64,000 nucleotides of DNA, taken from sequence record MK599315.1. One strand, 5' to 3'. This document shows positions 59,729 through 64,000 of the stretch, piece after piece. A program made the position numbers and the translations under genes. Numbering within the stretch: the first letter of the stretch is position 1; each line of letters begins with the position of its first letter. Below the pieces are notes generated by a model. It was given only the letters and a program-made list of their open reading frames with translations, was not told the DNA's origin and did not search any database.

Positions 59729-61263
59729 ATGCTACCGATACTCAAGGCTGAGCGCTATACGCATGGTGTCCGACTATCTGGGTATACTCGGGAAACGTTC
59801 GCTAAGATGCAGGGGTTTCTTGAAGGGCTTTCTTTGAAAGAACCTAAGAAGATCCCTGGTAATCGAATCATCATGGAACTCAAGAAAAAGTACTATGGTT
59901 GTTTCGAAGATCTATCAGAGACTTATATCCACCGAAATTCACTAGAAGACCTGATCGGTTATCTGGAGAACAAAGGTATCCCAAGAGAACGAGTCGAGAT
60001 TGAGGATATCCCTGTCCCTAAAGCAGCAACTGCTGTTTACGAAATGTACGAGAAATACGTACTCCGGGATTATCAGGAAATCATCCGTGAAGATATTTTG
60101 CGTGATTGGTTACATTCTGCACGGGTAGACTTGCAAACGGGAAAGGGAAAACCCTCACGAGCCTAGCGTCCTTGGCTTCGATGGGGGTAAGATGTGTTGT
60201 GATGGTTCCTCCCAAGTATTTTGGTATTTGGATTGAGGCTCTTCAGAACACTTACAAGGACATTGCCCAGAGATACATTACCATCTCGGGTTCCGCAGAA
60301 CTCCAAAAACTAATAGATCGCGGCGTCGAAAACGATCTTGAAGGGATTGACGTTATTGTAATCTCTTCTACTACCTACCGGGCATATCTAGATAACTTTG
60401 AGAAGTATGGTAACCGACTCCATGAGCTCGGATACAATGTACCTCCACCCCGGTTCCACGAAGCAATACAAGCAGGACTGCAAATTAACGACGAGATTCA
60501 AGAAGATCCAGGACTAACCTTCCGTATCGATATTTACTCTAACATTAATAAGCAGATCTATTTGTCGGCTACTCCCTACACAGGGAACGCCTACGTGACG
60601 AAGATGATTGACAAGATGTTGCCAGCAGAGACCATGTGTCGCCTGCCCAACTACGATGTCTACATCAACTGCATGGGGCTACTCTACACTGAACCAAAGA
60701 TCAAACCGAAGGATTATCTTACACCGTTTAAGAATACGTATAACCATGCGCGTTACGAAACGGTAATGATGAAAGATCCTAAACGGATGGATGACTATTT
60801 CAGGATGGTCGGTCGTATTGCTGAGGGCGTGTATGTGAAAGATCGGTTACCTGGTCAGAAACTACTCCTCCTTTGTGCAACGGTCGCCTTTATTGAAAAA
60901 CTGGTTAAATATCTGAAGACTAAGTTCCCTGACCTTGTGGTTAACGGACATGTCTCAGGTTGCAGTTATGAACAGTTACTTAAGAACGACATTACGGTGT
61001 CCACTATTAAGTCATCTGGTACAGGTGTAGACATCCCTAATCTTCGTGAGGTAGTATTGTTACAAGCTACCGATTCCAAGAAAGATAACATTCAAATTCT
61101 GGGTCGTCTCCGTAAACTGAAAGACTTCCAAGATGTGGTACCTAGGTTGACCTACCTAGTGTGTGAAAACATACCGCACCACGTGAGATATGCTCGGAAT
61201 AAAAGTGAGCATTTCGCCGGTAAAACTCTTTCAATGGTACTCAGACGGATAGCCATGCACTAA
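59729..61263 (+). CDS. SF2 helicase (phiKZ gp75-like), split by a -1 frame break inside Walker A
   Basis: LQTGKGK then T in the -1 frame, DEIQ, LSATP, QILGRLR; break at 60139-60151. Confidence 0.88.
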
Positions 61264-61267
61264 TAAC

Positions 61268-61291
61268 AGCCCACCTCGGGTGGGCTTTATA
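61268..61291 (+). terminator. Intrinsic terminator
   Basis: AGCCCACC-TCG-GGTGGGCT-TTAT. Confidence 0.85.
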
Positions 61292-61309
61292 CCGTTAAGA
61301 GGAATAGAA

Positions 61310-61582
61310 ATGTCACCTGTGATCCTACTTATTGTTTCACCGATATTAACCGTCGTGATGTATGTATTGGAACTGAAGCTCCGTGAGGAGTACAGAACGG
61401 CGCACTATAAACACTTGTTACGTTTAGCCGGACAGAACATCAAACCGAAGTTAATAAAGCAGTCTATAGAGTATTCTGAGATTGCATTGACCCGATTGAT
61501 CCATACGTTCGTAAAGAAATGTTACTTGGTATTAGCTTACTTTACGCTGACCATGTTCGTAATCGCTGCATCCCACATCTAA
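61310..61582 (+). CDS. Small membrane protein (2 TM)
   Basis: GAGGA RBS; hydrophobic termini. Confidence 0.75.
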   Translation: MSPVILLIVSPILTVVMYVLELKLREEYRTAHYKHLLRLAGQNIKPKLIKQSIEYSEIALTRLIHTFVKKCYLVLAYFTLTMFVIAASHI

Positions 61583-61592
61583 GGAATTACAA

Positions 61593-61895
61593 ATGAATAC
61601 ATCTCCCGCTGCTCTCCCTTTCCCCAACCTAATGTTCCTCCTTCTGGTAATTGTTATAGCAATTCCCGTTGTGGCATACATCTATCTACCTTATGCTGCA
61701 CTGGCTATTTCAACAGGTGTACTAGCTGCATGTACCTGTGTTTTAGGTATCGGTAATGCACTAGTTGATCCAAATGCCTACGATACACCTAAACACTGGA
61801 GAGAGTATCGTTATTATCTAATCGCTGGATTTGGGTTCTTCACTGTTGCTATGTTCGCAGCAGCTAATCTCAAATATGCATTTAAGTTCATTTAA
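61593..61895 (+). CDS. Small membrane protein (3 TM)
   Basis: AAGGA RBS; hydrophobic. Confidence 0.75.
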   Translation: MNTSPAALPFPNLMFLLLVIVIAIPVVAYIYLPYAALAISTGVLAACTCVLGIGNALVDPNAYDTPKHWREYRYYLIAGFGFFTVAMFAAANLKYAFKFI

Positions 61896-61907
61896 AGCCT
61901 ATATTAC
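61891..61907 (+). promoter_or_regulatory. Early promoter
   Basis: TTTAAAGCC-TATATTAC (61900-61907). Confidence 0.8.
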
Positions 61908-61942
61908 AACTGTGAATATACACCCACATAAAGGACAATGTA

Positions 61943-62152
61943 ATGGCTATTATCACCAATGTATTTGCTTTCGCTATCATCACTCTGTTCATCGTCTTTT
62001 TCCTGAAACAGGGACTTGCGGTCATGGGTGTCAAAACGAACCACCTGCCGATTAAACTGGCTAAAGCTTTCAATGCATCTGGTCCTTTGGCAGCAATCCT
62101 TCTTGCCGTATACTTGATCATGGCAACCTTTTATAACATCTTTCTGAGTTGA
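61943..62152 (+). CDS. Small membrane protein (2 TM)
   Basis: AAGGA RBS; hydrophobic. Confidence 0.7.
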   Translation: MAIITNVFAFAIITLFIVFFLKQGLAVMGVKTNHLPIKLAKAFNASGPLAAILLAVYLIMATFYNIFLS

Positions 62153-62156
62153 TGCC

Positions 62157-62345
62157 ATGGGATGGATTGTACTGATACTCACCTTCTTCGCTTCTCTTAC
62201 GGTTGGAGGTGTAATGACTTTCTATGGCTTGGTAGCTAGCAGTAAAACCTTTTCAGATAGAATCTCTATGGTTCTATTTGGTGTAGTTATTATTGCTATC
62301 ACCGGCTATAGTGGATATCATTTATTCGACATGCTTCCAAAATAG
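62157..62345 (+). CDS. Small membrane protein (2 TM)
   Basis: Hydrophobic. Confidence 0.7.
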   Translation: MGWIVLILTFFASLTVGGVMTFYGLVASSKTFSDRISMVLFGVVIIAITGYSGYHLFDMLPK

Positions 62346-62353
62346 GAGTTAAC

Positions 62354-62614
62354 ATGGATTTGATGTTTACTAACCCAATAGCGTTTATTTACGGGACACT
62401 TAGCTTTCCTGGACTACTGTTCATGACTGGCTATGCTGTATCGTGGTTGTTCGTAATGGGTGTATGCAAGTGGCTTCCTAATTGGAAGTACCTCTGCATG
62501 TTCCTCTGCGTCAGTTGGGCAATTAGCTTTGCGATTTATCTAGTAATGATCATTACGGCCCTGGTTAGCGTGTATACCCCTCTCCAGTTACCGCCGTGGA
62601 CGCTCATGAACTAA
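62354..62614 (+). CDS. Small membrane protein (2-3 TM)
   Basis: AGGAG RBS; hydrophobic. Confidence 0.75.
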   Translation: MDLMFTNPIAFIYGTLSFPGLLFMTGYAVSWLFVMGVCKWLPNWKYLCMFLCVSWAISFAIYLVMIITALVSVYTPLQLPPWTLMN

Positions 62615-62627
62615 CAAGGAGTTAATC

Positions 62628-62867
62628 ATGGAAACCATCATGCTGATCTGGTGGATCTCTATTTCGATTATCGCTGGGTCCCTGTTCGTAGCAAAACTGG
62701 TAAAAGATAACGATGATGTTCGTCGAACTCGTTTACCAAAGAAAGATATCATCATGCTCGACCGCATTAATATGATTTGCACTGCTCTCATATGGGGAGC
62801 TGCTATCGTAGCGCTGATCACTCTCTTCTTGGGTGGTCTTTTCATGATGATTGAAGCACAAGTGTAA
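62628..62867 (+). CDS. Small membrane protein (2 TM)
   Basis: AAGGAG RBS; hydrophobic. Confidence 0.75.
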   Translation: METIMLIWWISISIIAGSLFVAKLVKDNDDVRRTRLPKKDIIMLDRINMICTALIWGAAIVALITLFLGGLFMMIEAQV

Positions 62868-62870
62868 GAC

Positions 62871-62918
62871 GGCATAAAGCTCCTACCTCGGGTAGGAGCT
62901 ATGCTTTATTTTTTTTTA
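62871..62918. terminator. Bidirectional terminator
   Basis: GGCATAAAGCTCCTACC-TCG-GGTAGGAGCTATGC followed by a T-run. Confidence 0.92.
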
Positions 62919-63338
62919 TTTTAATCCAAGATCTTTCTCGATTTGTCTAGCTTGCGATGTACTTTGAATAGCCTTCGACTCTGCAAGTTCAATCATGAAC
63001 AAACAATCATTAAAGGGTAGTTCAAAGAACTCTAGTAAAGATAAACCATAAATGTCATTGATCTTGTAATTGACAAACTTCCGTATCCAAGTTCTTTCAG
63101 GTCCACCTTCTACGACGTTTTCCTTAGGATGCATTCTAACCAGATCTAAAGGATCAGCCTCTGGTGAATCATGATCGAAAATACCGTAGTCTTTATGGTA
63201 GGCCTTCCTGGTCAACATTTCGGCAATAGCTGGCCTTACGGCATCTAGCGTTCGCACGAGTTCATCGAATGCACTCTTACCATTAACAGTCTTGCGACCG
63301 AAAGAGTTCATTGTAACGTGCCCGTTGTCGTCCTCCAA
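62916..63338 (-). CDS. Conserved protein resembling the T/GT portion of tail-assembly chaperones (T4 gp51-like)
   Basis: YGLSLLEFFELPF motif; no convincing RBS; frame open upstream into the preceding gene. Confidence 0.55.
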   Translation of the reverse strand: MEDDNGHVTMNSFGRKTVNGKSAFDELVRTLDAVRPAIAEMLTRKAYHKDYGIFDHDSPEADPLDLVRMHPKENVVEGGPERTWIRKFVNYKINDIYGLSLLEFFELPFNDCLFMIELAESKAIQSTSQARQIEKDLGLK

Positions 63339-63376
63339 ATTAATTGTTAGACGACTATGCCGGGGGTCCTCGTTGA

Positions 63377-64000
63377 TTACTCCAGGTGCTTGGCTTTCTG
63401 GCCCGCCAACGTGAAAAATATTGCCATCATGTCTAGCGGTACAAGGTGCGGGAAACGTTCGTTGAATGCTTGGCCCTGAGGACCTTTACATTCTTTGCAG
63501 TTATGCGATGGAAGAGCTACCACAGCCAGTACACAAGAGTTAGTATACTCATGTACGGTATCAAAGAACTGTTCCGCGTACTGCGGATCACTCAGAGTGT
63601 TCGCCAGATAATCACTAATGATTTCCTGATCGTCGGAAAGCAGTTGATCTTCGAAGTCTTCTACATCGTCGTCCTTTTCATAGATACCATCTACCCAATG
63701 AGCATACTGCATGGCGATAGTAGCTTTACTCAGTTTATCAATGTACGCTGAACGTTGAACACCATGTGGCGGTTCGTTAAATGTACCTTGAGACATTTCG
63801 ATCAATGTCTGAGACCACTGAGAAGCAGCCATCTTACGTTGAGCGATAGTCGGGATAGCAAGACGAACACCAATATCACCAAACCAGAATACTTTCTTAC
63901 CGCCAATACCGAAACCTTCACGGTAAGCTTTGAAGTCTTCATCCGTAGCGGGTGCAAATTTCTTAGCGATAAATTTACGCTGATCATTACTGAATACAGT
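63377..64000 (-). CDS. Partial (5' end outside the window) conserved protein, possible tail/baseplate assembly chaperone G
   Basis: Frame open from the window edge (TVFSNDQRKF...) to ...CKEC...PLDMMAIFFTLAGQKAKHLE. Confidence 0.6.
   Translation of the reverse strand, partial: TVFSNDQRKFIAKKFAPATDEDFKAYREGFGIGGKKVFWFGDIGVRLAIPTIAQRKMAASQWSQTLIEMSQGTFNEPPHGVQRSAYIDKLSKATIAMQYAHWVDGIYEKDDDVEDFEDQLLSDDQEIISDYLANTLSDPQYAEQFFDTVHEYTNSCVLAVVALPSHNCKECKGPQGQAFNERFPHLVPLDMMAIFFTLAGQKAKHLE

Noticed and set aside
2038-62918. Recurring palindromic repeats as a CRISPR array or MITE/REP family
   Set aside because: They are dispersed singly at gene ends with variable stems, no spacers and no target duplications; they fit terminators.
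1-64000. tRNA, rRNA, transposase, integrase or homing endonuclease genes
   Set aside because: None recognised by eye in intergenic gaps or ORFs; tRNAscan and HMM searches were not run.

Overview
This is a 64 kb segment of a nucleus-forming Pseudomonas-type jumbo phage (Chimalliviridae, phiKZ/201phi2-1/phiPA3-like), with gene order colinear with roughly phiKZ gp1-gp79. gp numbers below are assigned by synteny and recalled similarity, not by a search. Recognisable genes: a ChmB-like nuclear-shell protein, DHFR, large terminase, virion proteins, tail sheath and tube, an early host-takeover region, PhuZ tubulin, a family B DNA polymerase subunit, chimallin (ChmA), four non-virion RNA polymerase subunits, an SbcD-like nuclease, ChmC, PicA/Imp1, an SF2 helicase, a small membrane-protein cassette and a tail-chaperone-like pair. 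There are about 10 TATATTAC-type early promoters and over 20 stereotyped terminators. I found no tRNA, rRNA, CRISPR array, IS element or intron. Best novel candidate: a ~320-nt densely base-paired, apparently doubly pseudoknotted non-coding RNA between chmA and the nvRNAP beta' gene (43011-43374). Other candidates: a possible G/GT-type -1 frameshift in the tail chaperone pair, a lambda-like GGGAAAG slippery site in the helicase Walker A, a putative replication origin (21096-21360), a structured DNA polymerase leader, and an SSB-tail mimic on ChmC. Four genes are each broken by one missing base in a homopolymer context. This most likely reflects sequencing error and weakens any programmed-frameshift claim.
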